Origin: a virus
Taxonomy: Duplodnaviria; Caudoviricetes
Length of the DNA: 61,612 bases
Virus record (IMG/VR): IMGVR_UViG_3300045972_000408
Coordinates: 1-61,612 of that record
Direction: 5' to 3' (one strand)
The notes beneath the pieces were generated by a model. That model saw only the letters and a program-made list of their open reading frames with translations. It made no database searches and had not been told where the DNA came from. Shown here in pieces: positions 17,787 through 28,095 of the stretch. Position numbers and translations under genes: made by a program. Numbering within the stretch: the stretch's first letter is position 1; each line of letters begins with the position of its first letter.

Positions 17787-18070
17787 TTTCGCCGGTCCTC
17801 GAAATCCGGCGAGCTTAATCGTTGTTTCGCTTTTCGCCAATGCGGCGTTGAGCGCCGCGCGGGCCTTGCCAAGCCGCGCGGATCGCTCTGCCTCGGTTCT
17901 CATTTTTTGTGCGCCTGCGTTGTAAAATCCCTGCCCTTCGACGTGTTCCCGCACGTCTTGGGCTTCCATTCCCAGCGGAGCGTGTGATGTCCTCCGCTGC
18001 ATCTTTTCCGCGCTCCTTTGCTGTGGCCGATGAGGCCGCCCTTCTGTCCGACCCACAATCGGACAGGCGC

Positions 18071-18412
18071 ATGGAAAAGTCTAAGCGTTCCCTTACGCAA
18101 GTTTGCGGGTTCGATCCCGCAAAGATGGTGCAGTTCCTGCGGACCAAGTTTCCGCACGACACGGCCAAGCTCGCTGGCGCGGCGCTCAACCGGTCGCCGC
18201 GCACGGTCGAAAACTGGCTGGCCCAGCGGGTGAACCCAGATTTCGTCGCCTGCGGCGACATGATCGATCTTTGGGGGCCTGAATTTCTCTGCGCCGTAAT
18301 GACGTCACCGCCTGAGTGGGCGAACGAGGCCCTGGCGCGCCTCGAGCTCGAAGAACTGGAGCGGCGGTCCGCCGCGCTGAAAGAAAAACTGCGGTCGAGC
18401 AAAAAAGCATGA
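18071..18412 (+). CDS. CII-position HTH regulator
   Basis: TAKLA...LNRSPRTVENWL; WGPEFL; possible upstream start 17987. Confidence 0.75.
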   Translation: MEKSKRSLTQVCGFDPAKMVQFLRTKFPHDTAKLAGAALNRSPRTVENWLAQRVNPDFVACGDMIDLWGPEFLCAVMTSPPEWANEALARLELEELERRSAALKEKLRSSKKA

Positions 18413-18756
18413 TCGCCTTGGTTGGACGCTGTCGATGGGCGGGTTTTTGAGGATTTGGCATCGCTGGAGGGCGTTCGTGCTGCGCCGTCGGTCGCGGCGC
18501 TGTTTCGCGCTCGCTGAATGGGCGCACCGGCGTGGCGACGCGCTCGCGCTCCGCTCGCACGAGGCTTTGGTTTTGTCGCTGCCGGACGATGGCGCGGGCT
18601 GGCCCAAGGCCGCCGATCCGGTGAGGGAGCCGTGATTTTCGTGCGCTGGATTTACCTCAAGGGCGGTCGCCGCGTGGCGGTGTGGTCGCATCGCCGGCGC
18701 CGGCCGGAGGCGGACCGGATCTGGCGGGCCATTGTCGATGAAGTGCGGAGGGCGGC

Positions 18757-19578
18757 GTGAGCGAAATGTTTTCCCTTTCCATTGACGGGTTTGCCGCCGT
18801 TGCCGCGCCCGAGGCCGGTTCCGCGCCGCAACTCGCGTGGCTGCCTATTGCCGACCTCGTAACCGATCGCAGCTATCAGCGCGATGTCGTCGCATCCGGA
18901 CGCAAGCAGATCCTGCGAATCGCCCGGGCGTTCGACTGGGCTTTCTTCGCGCCGGTGATCATGGCGCCGGTCGAGGGGGGGCGGTTCGCCATCATCGACG
19001 GCCAGCATCGCACGCTGGCGGCGCTGCTGATCGGCAAGGATAAGGTTCCCTGCCAGATCGTGATCGCCGACCCGAAGAAACAGGCGCGCGCGTTTTCCGC
19101 CGTCAACGGACAGGTGACGCGCATGTCGGCGCTATCGACCTTCCGCGCCGCGCTGGCCGGAGGCGACGATCTGGCGGTTTCGCTCGATGCGCTGGCGCGG
19201 CGGGCCGGCATTCGCATCCTCGGCTATCCCATGCAGGCCAATCGCATGCAGCGCGGCGATTGCACCTGCCCGTCCGCGCTCGCGACCCTGCGCGGGCGCT
19301 TCGGCGATCATGTGCTGTTCCTGGCCTTGCTGGCGGTCGCCTCATCGGCTGGCGACATTCGCGGGTTCGTCAACCCGGTGATGCTGCGCGGGCTGTGCAT
19401 GCTCTTTGCGCAAAAACCGCTGTCGGAAGACACGGTGCGCGCCGTGTTCAAGACGATCTCGCTGAAGGACATCGCCGAGCGGGCGCGGCTCGGGGACGGA
19501 TTTACCGACGCCGACAATGTCAAGGAAGCGCTCGTCCATCGGCTGGCGCGGATTGCAGCGGCCGGGAGGGCGGCATGA
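18757..19578 (+). CDS. ParB-like (DUF6551-type) protein
   Basis: D.SYQR, FDW..F.P, IIDGQHR. Confidence 0.85.
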   Translation: MSEMFSLSIDGFAAVAAPEAGSAPQLAWLPIADLVTDRSYQRDVVASGRKQILRIARAFDWAFFAPVIMAPVEGGRFAIIDGQHRTLAALLIGKDKVPCQIVIADPKKQARAFSAVNGQVTRMSALSTFRAALAGGDDLAVSLDALARRAGIRILGYPMQANRMQRGDCTCPSALATLRGRFGDHVLFLALLAVASSAGDIRGFVNPVMLRGLCMLFAQKPLSEDTVRAVFKTISLKDIAERARLGDGFTDADNVKEALVHRLARIAAAGRAA

Positions 19579-19934
19579 GCGACGAATTCTCCGTTTTCAT
19601 TCCGCCGGCGCCGGCGTGGCTTTACGACATGGCGCTCGAAAAGCTCGGCGCGCTCCTGGCCGGCATTCCGGCGCATCAGCGCGAAAGCGCGGCGCGGCAA
19701 CTGGTGGAGGCGGTGGCGATGATCGCGGTCGCCGAGGCGCCGGGCAAGGCTGAGGCGTTCTGGCGCGCCGCCGCCGCCGACGTGCGGCTACGCCCGCATG
19801 AGGATCGCACCCCCCCGCCCGCGTCCGTTCCGCAGCCCGATCCGTCGATGGGATACCTGGCGTTCTTGTACGCAGTGCTGGGCGGCGCCGTGATTGGCGC
19901 GGCGGCGATGGTCTTTTTCCGGGGGGCGGTCTGA
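19575..19934 (+). CDS. Hypothetical membrane protein
   Basis: ATGA/TGATG coupling, C-terminal TM. Confidence 0.6.
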   Translation: MSDEFSVFIPPAPAWLYDMALEKLGALLAGIPAHQRESAARQLVEAVAMIAVAEAPGKAEAFWRAAAADVRLRPHEDRTPPPASVPQPDPSMGYLAFLYAVLGGAVIGAAAMVFFRGAV

Positions 19935-21118
19935 TGCGGCTGTCCGAGGCGCAAATCGAGGATCTCAAGTCGCGGGTCGATCTCGTCAAGCTGGCGACGT
20001 CGATGGGCGCCGAGTTGCGGCGGCATGGCCGGACCACGATGGGGACTTGCCCGCTGTGCGGCGGGTCGAAGAAGACCACGCGGTTCGAAATCAAGGATCA
20101 GAGCTGGATGTGCGCGGCCTGTTCCGAGGGCGGCGATGCGCTGGCTTTAGTGCAGAAGGTCAAGGGTCTGGATTTTCGCGCGGCGGTCGAGTTTCTCGGC
20201 GGCGCGCAAAAGATCGATCCCGAGGAAGAGGCGCGGCTGGAGCGCGAGCGGGAAGAGCGCAAGCGCCAGCAGGCCGAAGTCGCGGCGAAGATGCGCGCGA
20301 GCGCCATCGCGGGCGCGTGGCGGCTGTGGGAACAGTCCGAACAGTTTTCGCGTAGCGAGGTTGAGGCTTATTTGCGCGCGCGCGGGTGTTTGCTGCCGGC
20401 CTCGGCGGAAATTCGCGGCGCGCGGGCCGTCCCCTATTTTCATGGCGAGACGGTCGACGAGATGGGGCGAAAGTCGCCGCGCGTGTTGCGCCGGGGACCG
20501 GCCATGGTTTCCGCCGTGCGCGACAATGCCGGCGCATTCGTCGCCGTCCATCTGACCCATCTGAACGCCGAATGCTCGGGCAAGGCGAAGATCGAAAACC
20601 TGGATTTCAAGCCGGAAACCGATGACGAAAAGCTCCGTTTTCTTCCGGCCAAAAAGCAGCGCGGCGCGAAAAAGGGCGGGCATATCGTGTTGCGCTCGCC
20701 GACTGTCCCGACCCGCCTGTTCATGGGCGAGGGGATCGAGACGGTGCTTTCGGTCGCCACCGCCTTTTTGCGGGCGAAAAAGCTGCTGCCGAGCGACGCC
20801 TTCTGGTCTTCCTGCGACCTCGGCAATCTCGGCGGCGATTGTGTCGAGAGCGTGAAGCATCCGACGCTGAAATTGCGCAATGGAGCCGCGCAAAAGGTGC
20901 CGGGGCCGGTTCCCGACTTGTCCGCGCCGGGCATCGCGATTCCGTCCAGCGTGACGCGGCTGGTGCTGCTGGCGGATGGCGACAGCGACCCTTTCACGAC
21001 CGAGATGGCGATGCAGCGGGCGCAGGCGCGGTTTGCGCGCGACGGGCTGGAGATCGTGGTGGTTTGGCCGCCGCGCGACATGGATTTCAACGATGTGTTG
21101 ATGGAAGGGGCCGCGTGA
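19934..21118 (+). CDS. Primase: zinc-binding domain + Toprim
   Basis: CPLC...CAAC..GGD, GEGIET, ADGD, DFND. Confidence 0.88.
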   Translation: MRLSEAQIEDLKSRVDLVKLATSMGAELRRHGRTTMGTCPLCGGSKKTTRFEIKDQSWMCAACSEGGDALALVQKVKGLDFRAAVEFLGGAQKIDPEEEARLEREREERKRQQAEVAAKMRASAIAGAWRLWEQSEQFSRSEVEAYLRARGCLLPASAEIRGARAVPYFHGETVDEMGRKSPRVLRRGPAMVSAVRDNAGAFVAVHLTHLNAECSGKAKIENLDFKPETDDEKLRFLPAKKQRGAKKGGHIVLRSPTVPTRLFMGEGIETVLSVATAFLRAKKLLPSDAFWSSCDLGNLGGDCVESVKHPTLKLRNGAAQKVPGPVPDLSAPGIAIPSSVTRLVLLADGDSDPFTTEMAMQRAQARFARDGLEIVVVWPPRDMDFNDVLMEGAA

Positions 21119-21486
21119 TGGCGAAGCCTGGACCGCGGTGGACGGACGCCGAAATCGCGCTGCTGCGCGAAAAGGTCGGGATTGGCCTGACCTATGGCGA
21201 GATCGCCGAATATTTCCCCGGGCGCAAGCCGAAGGCGCTCGAAAGCAAAGCGTCGAAGATGAAACTGTCGAACGAGTGCGACGGCGAGGAAATGTCGTTC
21301 GACCGGCTGCTGCACGCCAACGCATGGCATCGCGCCGATCTGGCGCGCGGCTATCCCGATGGACCGCCGCCCGATGTGGTTTTGCCGGCGAGCGGGCACG
21401 CGCCGCGCCCGTTGCGCCCTGCCCTGCCGCATTCGGGCTATGGCTCGCCGGGCGCTCTCTGCGCCGAGTTGGGGGGAGCCCGATGA
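21118..21486 (+). CDS. GcrA/Myb-like HTH protein
   Basis: WTDAEIALLR.....GLTYGEIAE.F.GR. Confidence 0.7.
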   Translation: MAKPGPRWTDAEIALLREKVGIGLTYGEIAEYFPGRKPKALESKASKMKLSNECDGEEMSFDRLLHANAWHRADLARGYPDGPPPDVVLPASGHAPRPLRPALPHSGYGSPGALCAELGGAR

Positions 21487-21752
21487 GCCAGGAAACGAGC
21501 GGCGGCGTGACGTTTTTCGAGGGGTTCGACGGCGCGTTGCGGCGGCTAATCTCAGGGGCCTGCGACCTGGCGGGGCGCAAAGGCATCGCGCCGGATGATT
21601 TCACCGCCGCGCTGGTGACCAGCCTTGTCGGGCGCGCGTTCGACGTCGCCGAGACGCTCGTCGGCGCCGACAAGGCGGTCGAGATGATCTCGGCGCATGC
21701 GCGCGGCGCGCGCAGCGATCTGCAATTCGGCGAGCATGTGGGGGAAGTATGA
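21483..21752 (+). CDS. Hypothetical protein
   Basis: ATGA coupling. Confidence 0.6.
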   Translation: MSQETSGGVTFFEGFDGALRRLISGACDLAGRKGIAPDDFTAALVTSLVGRAFDVAETLVGADKAVEMISAHARGARSDLQFGEHVGEV

Positions 21753-22039
21753 ACGAGATCGTATTGAACGAGCGCGAACAGAAGTTCTACGCTGATCTGT
21801 TTGACGATCTTTGCGAAGTCGTCGCGCGCGCCGCTGGCAGAGCGGATCGCGAGGGTTTGCCGGTCCCGGATTTTTGCGGATCGATCTGCGCTGCCTTCAC
21901 CCAGTTGAGCTTTGAGGTGTTGGTCGAGGCGATGACCCCGGACCAGTCGCGCGCCGCCATCGTCAAGGCGGCCGACCACATGTTCGCCACCGCCGCTCTC
22001 GGCGAGACGAGGGGACCGCATGAACGCGCTGTCCTATGA
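21749..22039 (+). CDS. Hypothetical protein
   Basis: ATGA coupling. Confidence 0.6.
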   Translation: MNEIVLNEREQKFYADLFDDLCEVVARAAGRADREGLPVPDFCGSICAAFTQLSFEVLVEAMTPDQSRAAIVKAADHMFATAALGETRGPHERAVL

Positions 22040-24629
22040 CGAGTTCCTGCGCGCCAAGGTGCCGATTGCCCGGCCGGGGGATGTTTCGGTCGCGGCGATC
22101 GAGACGCATTTTTCCGCAAAACCGCATCAGGCCGCTTGCGCGCGGTGGATGATCGCGGGCGGGCGCCGGGCGCTGTTCGCCTCGTTCGGGCTCGGCAAGA
22201 CGCGCATCCAGCTCGACGTCATCCGCTGCCTGATCGCGATGCATGGCGGGCGGGGGCTGATCGTCATTCCGCTCGGGGTTCGTCAGGAATTTGTGCGCGA
22301 TGCGCTGGCCATGGGCGTCGAAGTCACATTCGTGCGGCGGATCGAGGAGTGCGGCGAGAGCGGCATTTATTTGACCAATTACGAGACCATCCGCGACGGC
22401 AAGATGGACCCGGCCGATTTCACCGCCGCGAGCCTGGACGAGGCGAGCGTGTTGCGCGGGTTTGGCGGCACCAAGACCTTTCGCGAGTTCATGCGGGCGT
22501 TCGAGCCGGTGCGCTTTCGCTTTGTGGCGACCGCGACGCCTTCGCCCAACGATTATATCGAGTTGCTGGCCTATGCCGCGTTCCTCGGGATCATGGATGT
22601 CGGGCAGGCCAAGACGCGGTTCTTCAAGCGCGATTCGACCAATGCCGACAAGCTGACCCTGCATCCGCACAAGGCGGAAGAGTTCTGGCTTTGGGTCTCG
22701 TCCTGGGCGCTGTTCGTGCAGCGGCCGAGCGATCTGGGTTTTGACGACGCCGGCTATTCCTTGCCTCCGATGGAGGTGCATTATCATTCGGTCCAGACCG
22801 ATCTGATCGGCAAGGACGCCGATCGCGGCGGGCAGATGATGCTGATCCGCGATCATGCCGTCGGCGTGCAGAACGCCGCGCGCGAAAAGCGCGAGACGCT
22901 GCCGGCGCGCATCGAGGCGATGAAGGCCATTCTCGCCGCCGATCCGGACAGCCATTTTCTGATCTGGCACGATCTGGAGGCCGAGCGTCACGCGATTGAA
23001 AAGGCGCTGCCGGGCGTCGTGTCGGTGTTCGGGTCGCAGGATCTTGAGGTTCGCGAACAGCGCATCGTCGATTTCTCGGATGGCAAGTTCAAATATCTGG
23101 CGGCGAAGCCGGTCATCGCCGGTTCGGGCTGCAATTTCCAGCGCCATTGCCACAAGGCGATTTTTCTCGGCATCGGCTTCAAGTTCAACGATTTCATTCA
23201 GGCGATCCATCGCATCCAGCGGTTTTTGCAGAGCGAGACCGTCGAGATTCACATCATCCACGCCGAGAGCGAAGAGGCCATTTTGCGCACGTTGCTGCGC
23301 AAGTGGGAACAGCACAAGATCATGGTGGCCAAGATGTCGCAAATCATTCGGGATTATGGGCTTTCTCACGCAAGCATGGCCGCCGCGCTCGAGCGTTCGA
23401 TGGGCTGCAACCGGATCGAGGTCGCGGGCGATAAATATAAGCTGGTCAATGCCGATTGCGTAGAAGAGACGCGGCGCCTGCCGTCCGACAGCGTTGGGTT
23501 GATCGTGACGTCCATTCCGTTCTCGACGCAGTATGAATATTCGCCGAGCTATAATGACTTCGGCCACACCGACGATGATGCGCATTTCTGGGCGCAGATG
23601 GATTATCTGATCCCGGAATTGTTTCGGGTGATGATGCCCGGGCGCGATGCGGCGATCCATGTCAAGGACCGGATCATTCCCGGCGGCGTGTCGGGCCTCG
23701 GTTTCCAAACGCTTTCGACCTTTTCCTATGACTGCATTTCCGCTTTCAGGCGGGCTGGTTTTGCCTTTCTGGGCGAAAAAACCATCACGACCGATGTGGT
23801 GCGCGAGAATAACCAGACCTATCGCCTCGGCTGGACCGAGCAATGCAAGGATGGCTCGCGCATGGGTTTTGGCGTGCCGGAAAAGCTGTTGCTGTTTCGC
23901 AAGCCGCCGTCGAGCCGGGATAATGGCTATGCCGATGTTCCCGTGGTCAAGGACAAGAAATGGCGCATGGACGCGGTTGGCGAGACGCGCGACGGCGGCG
24001 GCGAGATCGTCCAGGCGGCGACGCCGGGCTATTGGCGCAACGAGGGCGGTTATTCGCGGGCCCGGTGGCAATTGGATGCGCATGCCTATACGCGCTCAAG
24101 CGGCGACCGGCTGATCGACGCCGACGAGCTGCTGGGCTTTTCGGCCTCGGACGTGTTCAAGGTCTGGAAAAAGTTCTCTTTGGAGACGGTCTATAATTTC
24201 GAGCATCATGTGCGGATCGGCGAGGCGTTCGAAGAGCGGGGCCAGCTTCCCGCCGATTTCATGCTGATGCCGCCGCATTCGCGCCATCCCGACGTGTGGA
24301 CCGATATTACCCGCATGTTGAGCGTCAACACGCTGCAATCTGCCAAGGGGCGGGAAATGCACCTGTGCCCGCTCCAGTTCGACATTGTCGATCGCGCGAT
24401 CAACCAGTGGTCCAACCCTGGCGATGTGGTGTTCGACCCGTTCGGCGGCATGATGACCGTGCCGATGCGGGCGGTGAAATTCGGGCGCGTCGGCTGGGGC
24501 TGCGAGTTGAACCATCGCTATTTTCTCGACGGGGTCAAATATGTCGAGGCCGAGGCGCGGGCGCTGGACGCGCCGACGCTGTTCGACGCGCTTGAGGCGG
24601 AACAGGCGAGCAAGGTGGCTGCGGAATGA
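22020..24629 (+). CDS. SNF2-like helicase fused to N4/N6 DNA methyltransferase
   Basis: GLGKT, LDEAS, TATP, Q..HR..RF; TSIPF (motif IV variant), HLCPLQ, DPFGG. Confidence 0.92.
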   Translation: MNALSYDEFLRAKVPIARPGDVSVAAIETHFSAKPHQAACARWMIAGGRRALFASFGLGKTRIQLDVIRCLIAMHGGRGLIVIPLGVRQEFVRDALAMGVEVTFVRRIEECGESGIYLTNYETIRDGKMDPADFTAASLDEASVLRGFGGTKTFREFMRAFEPVRFRFVATATPSPNDYIELLAYAAFLGIMDVGQAKTRFFKRDSTNADKLTLHPHKAEEFWLWVSSWALFVQRPSDLGFDDAGYSLPPMEVHYHSVQTDLIGKDADRGGQMMLIRDHAVGVQNAAREKRETLPARIEAMKAILAADPDSHFLIWHDLEAERHAIEKALPGVVSVFGSQDLEVREQRIVDFSDGKFKYLAAKPVIAGSGCNFQRHCHKAIFLGIGFKFNDFIQAIHRIQRFLQSETVEIHIIHAESEEAILRTLLRKWEQHKIMVAKMSQIIRDYGLSHASMAAALERSMGCNRIEVAGDKYKLVNADCVEETRRLPSDSVGLIVTSIPFSTQYEYSPSYNDFGHTDDDAHFWAQMDYLIPELFRVMMPGRDAAIHVKDRIIPGGVSGLGFQTLSTFSYDCISAFRRAGFAFLGEKTITTDVVRENNQTYRLGWTEQCKDGSRMGFGVPEKLLLFRKPPSSRDNGYADVPVVKDKKWRMDAVGETRDGGGEIVQAATPGYWRNEGGYSRARWQLDAHAYTRSSGDRLIDADELLGFSASDVFKVWKKFSLETVYNFEHHVRIGEAFEERGQLPADFMLMPPHSRHPDVWTDITRMLSVNTLQSAKGREMHLCPLQFDIVDRAINQWSNPGDVVFDPFGGMMTVPMRAVKFGRVGWGCELNHRYFLDGVKYVEAEARALDAPTLFDALEAEQASKVAAE

Positions 24630-26380
24630 GTTCGGGTTCCGATCCATATCAGCGCATTGTCGCGATGGTGGAAGCGGCGTCTCCCGCGACCCCCGTGGAG
24701 GCTCTTGCCGGGGACCAACCGTCGCAGGAGGCGGGCGCCGATGCTTGCGCCGATCTGGGGCCTTCCGATGCGGAGGTTTCGGGCGGCGATCCGAAGATTA
24801 TCGCGGCCTGCGCCGGGCTGGATCATTCCGACACCGACAATGGGACTCGGCTAATAAAGCATTTCGGGCGCGATCTGATCGTGATGGCGCAGGGCGGCGT
24901 CGCCGGCGGCGACTGGCTCGCCTGGGACGGGCGGCATTGGGATTTGGACAATGGTCCGGCCTCGGCCGCGCTGCTGGCGCAAAAAGTTGGCGGGCGGATC
25001 GCGCTGGAGGCGGCGTTTCTCGATTTCACGCCCGCCGAGCGCGAGGCGGTCAAGGCGGAAGAGGCGTTTTCGGCGGATGACAAGAGCGCGCCGGCGGTGG
25101 CGGCTCGCGCCGCGGCCGAGGGCGCGCGGAAGACTTTGCAGGCGCGAAAAACGTCGCGCTGGCGGTTTGGCGTGTCGTCGAAAAATTCGGCGCGGATCAA
25201 GAACATGCTGGAGACGGCGGCACCGCATTTGCGCCGGGATGTGTCGCTGTTCAACACCGATCCATTGTTGGTGGTGACGCAGACGCATACGCTGATTTTT
25301 TCGCGCGAAATCGATCTGGAATGTCCCGATCCCGATGTGACGCGCTATGCCGGGCGCGTCGAGGCGCTGGCGGTGTTTCGGCGCGAGGATCTGGCGACCG
25401 GGCTGGTTCCGTGCGGTTACGATCCGCAGGCGGTTTCGGCCAAGTGGACGGCGTTTCTCGACCGATGCATGCCGGACCTCGAATTGCGGCGCACGGTGCA
25501 GCAATATTCGGGCATGGGCTTGCTGGGCGTTCTGGCGCAAAAGCTGATGTTTCATCATGGTTTTGGCGCGAACGGCAAATCGGTTTTTCTCGCGGTTCTG
25601 ACGCGGGTTTTGGGCAAATCCTATGCGGTGGGCCTGCCGGCGGAAAGCATCACCGGCGGGGCCGAGCGCGGGGCTGGCCAGGCGTCGCCCGATATCGTGC
25701 GGCTGCTCGGCAAACGCATGCTGCGCGTCGACGAGCTGCCGGAGGGGCAGAAGCTACATGAAGACCTGGTGAAGCGTTTGACGGGCGGCGACGAAGTCAC
25801 CGTGCGCAACCTGTTCAAGGGTTATTTCGATTTTCGCAATGTCGCGACGCCGCATATGAGCGGAAACGGCTTTCCGAAAATCGAGGGGACCGACAATGGA
25901 ATCTGGCGGCGCATGCTGGTGGTGCATTGGTCTGTGACCATTCCGCCGGAAGAGCGGCGCGAGTTCGATGAGTTCGTCGACGATCTGCTGACCGAGGCTT
26001 CGGGCATTTTGAACTGGCTGATCGACGGGGCGCTGGATTTTCTGGCGCACGGGTTGGTGGTCGCGCCGGCCATCGCCAATGCGACCGAGGCCTATCGCGA
26101 GGACATGGACCCGATCGGGCGGTTTGTCGCGGCCTGCGTCGAGGTCGCGCCGGGGCACAGCGAGGCGGCTGCGGCGCTTTATGACGCCTATCTGGCCTGG
26201 TGCCCGGGGAACAACGTCACGCCCTGCCAGCAGACGCGATTCGGGCGGGAAATGGCCAAGCGGTTCGTCAAGGCCAAGAAGCAGACCGTGAGCTATCTCG
26301 ACATTCGCCTGCATGACGTGCCGCCGCGGCCGGATGATGGGCGAAGCGGGTCGTCCTGGCCTGAGGGGTATGGGGGATGA
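24626..26380 (+). CDS. P4/D5-family SF3 helicase
   Basis: G.GANGKS, KRLTGGD, DNGIWRR. Confidence 0.93.
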   Translation: MSSGSDPYQRIVAMVEAASPATPVEALAGDQPSQEAGADACADLGPSDAEVSGGDPKIIAACAGLDHSDTDNGTRLIKHFGRDLIVMAQGGVAGGDWLAWDGRHWDLDNGPASAALLAQKVGGRIALEAAFLDFTPAEREAVKAEEAFSADDKSAPAVAARAAAEGARKTLQARKTSRWRFGVSSKNSARIKNMLETAAPHLRRDVSLFNTDPLLVVTQTHTLIFSREIDLECPDPDVTRYAGRVEALAVFRREDLATGLVPCGYDPQAVSAKWTAFLDRCMPDLELRRTVQQYSGMGLLGVLAQKLMFHHGFGANGKSVFLAVLTRVLGKSYAVGLPAESITGGAERGAGQASPDIVRLLGKRMLRVDELPEGQKLHEDLVKRLTGGDEVTVRNLFKGYFDFRNVATPHMSGNGFPKIEGTDNGIWRRMLVVHWSVTIPPEERREFDEFVDDLLTEASGILNWLIDGALDFLAHGLVVAPAIANATEAYREDMDPIGRFVAACVEVAPGHSEAAAALYDAYLAWCPGNNVTPCQQTRFGREMAKRFVKAKKQTVSYLDIRLHDVPPRPDDGRSGSSWPEGYGG

Positions 26381-26383
26381 GCG

Positions 26384-26770
26384 ATGACTGTTTTTGTTGA
26401 CGACGTTCGCCACGCTTTCGGTCGCATGGTGATGTGTCACATGTGGGCCGATAATCTCGAAGAATTGCTAGCGATGGCCGATAAGATCGGCGTTCAGCGC
26501 AAGTGGATTCAAGGCCATCCGACGCTTTCATTCGGCAAGCATCGTGAAGCGTCGTGGGTGCATTTCGACGTGAGCCTGGGCGCAAAAGCAAGAGCCATCG
26601 ATGCTGGCGCAGTCCTGACAGACCGCTTTGGTCCGGTTGAACATGCCGCCAAGCAAGATATCGCATCCGGCGACCCCGTTCTCATCCAAATCGGAGAGCG
26701 CCGCCTCGCGATGGTTGCCAAAGCCCGCGCTTATCGGTCTGACCGCCCGCAACCCGTTTTGGCGCGCTGA
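26384..26770 (+). CDS. DUF4031 protein
   Basis: VFVDD....GRM.MCHMWAD..EEL..MA..IG..RKW.Q...HFD. Confidence 0.88.
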   Translation: MTVFVDDVRHAFGRMVMCHMWADNLEELLAMADKIGVQRKWIQGHPTLSFGKHREASWVHFDVSLGAKARAIDAGAVLTDRFGPVEHAAKQDIASGDPVLIQIGERRLAMVAKARAYRSDRPQPVLAR

Positions 26771-26779
26771 TTTTGCCCG

Positions 26780-27048
26780 AACCGTCTCGTTTTTTAGACA
26801 GTTGAGACGGTTCGGGACAGTTGCCGAAAAACTGTCTAGGCGAGAACCGGCTTTGCGATCATGGGCTTGCTTGGCGAGTTAGACAGTTAGACAGTTTTTC
26901 GCGCGTATATGTAAGCAAATGGGGTTCGGGGTTTTTGCGATCTTTTACATACATATAGGCGTCAAAAACTGTCTAACTGTCTACAATGCCTCATAAGTGT
27001 TTGTTTTTTAATCGGCTTATGCCTTAGACGGTTTACAATGAACTGTCT
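26780..27048. repeat. Putative replication origin: AGAC(A/G)GTT octamer array with 20-bp inverted repeat
   Basis: About 11 copies in both orientations; perfect IR 26880-26899 / 26964-26983; AT-rich. Confidence 0.7.
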
Positions 27049-27088
27049 ATAACCTTCTAAACCCTCTCACCTTGGCAAGAGGCTGGAA

Positions 27089-28048
27089 ATGAGCGGCGAA
27101 AATGTGCGGCGGCAGGCGGTGATCAATATGGCTCTGGCCTGGACCGGATCGATGCGGGTTGTGGCTGCGCCGCCGGCGCGGCGACGCATCGCCATCGAGG
27201 ATTTGCTCGCATGGGCCTATCTGAAGGAACTCCCCAAGACGCCGCGCATCAATGCGCCAGACGGGTTCAAGGGCGCGTGGGACAAGGTGGCGGAATGGGC
27301 GGCTGAATTGTCGCTTGCCGGTCTGGCGGATAATCGGTTTGGGGTTGTGCCCGATCTGCTATCGCAGGCTCTGCCGCACGCCGATGCGCTGATCGTGCAC
27401 GAGGCGGTGTGCGCGCTCGACGAACTGGAGGTCGATGGTCTGGCGGAGTTCTCGCCGTTCGATACGCGCGACGATGTCGATCCGGCGCTGATCGCGCGCT
27501 ATGAGGGCGCTGTGCGCTCGCGGGTTGTGACGATCGGCAAGGATGGGCGCGCGCGGTTGCGCAAGCCGCTGCGCAATCTGGTGTTCAACGCGGCGATTTT
27601 AGGCCGCGCGCCGGAATGGCGGATAGATGCTTTTGGCCAGGACGTCGAGCGCTGGCCGAACGGGATGGTCAAATATTTCCGCAAATCGGGACAATGGGAA
27701 ACGAGCTTGAGCGGCGATATCTGGGTCGAGTTCGAGACGGCGGTATCGGCGGACCCGGACACCAAGCGACTGCCGGAAGGGGCGGAGCCTCACCCTGTCC
27801 TCGAACCCGACCCGACCGATGACGCGGTGTCGCGCATCCATCATGAGTTGTGGCGGCTGGCGCTCGATGTTCTGGCGGCGGACTTGCACGGTCGGCTGGA
27901 AAAGTGGGATGTGCAGCCTTGCGCTTTGCCGTTGCGGCCATGGATCGAGGGTGAACCGCCGCGTGGTCGCGTGTTGCGAGACCTGTCGCGCCCCGTGGCG
28001 GCGATTGAGGTGCGCGGCCGGCGAAAAAAGAGTGCAGGTAAAGCTTGA
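27089..28048 (+). CDS. Hypothetical protein at late-regulator position
   Basis: Long ORF, last gene before late promoter/terminator. Confidence 0.8.
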   Translation: MSGENVRRQAVINMALAWTGSMRVVAAPPARRRIAIEDLLAWAYLKELPKTPRINAPDGFKGAWDKVAEWAAELSLAGLADNRFGVVPDLLSQALPHADALIVHEAVCALDELEVDGLAEFSPFDTRDDVDPALIARYEGAVRSRVVTIGKDGRARLRKPLRNLVFNAAILGRAPEWRIDAFGQDVERWPNGMVKYFRKSGQWETSLSGDIWVEFETAVSADPDTKRLPEGAEPHPVLEPDPTDDAVSRIHHELWRLALDVLAADLHGRLEKWDVQPCALPLRPWIEGEPPRGRVLRDLSRPVAAIEVRGRRKKSAGKA

Positions 28049-28095
28049 CATGCGGAGTAGGCTTGGTGCAGTATCTGTCACGGTAAATCAGATTG

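Noticed and set aside
21963-24083. 706-aa minus-strand ORF and similar long ORFs (2310..3629, 20147..22021, 56179..58083)
   Set aside because: Antisense shadows of well-supported genes in high-GC DNA; no motifs
26780-27048. Repeat array as CRISPR
   Set aside because: 8-bp units in both orientations, irregular spacing, no cas genes
28081-28094. CGGTAA operator half-site near late promoter
   Set aside because: Second half does not match the palindrome
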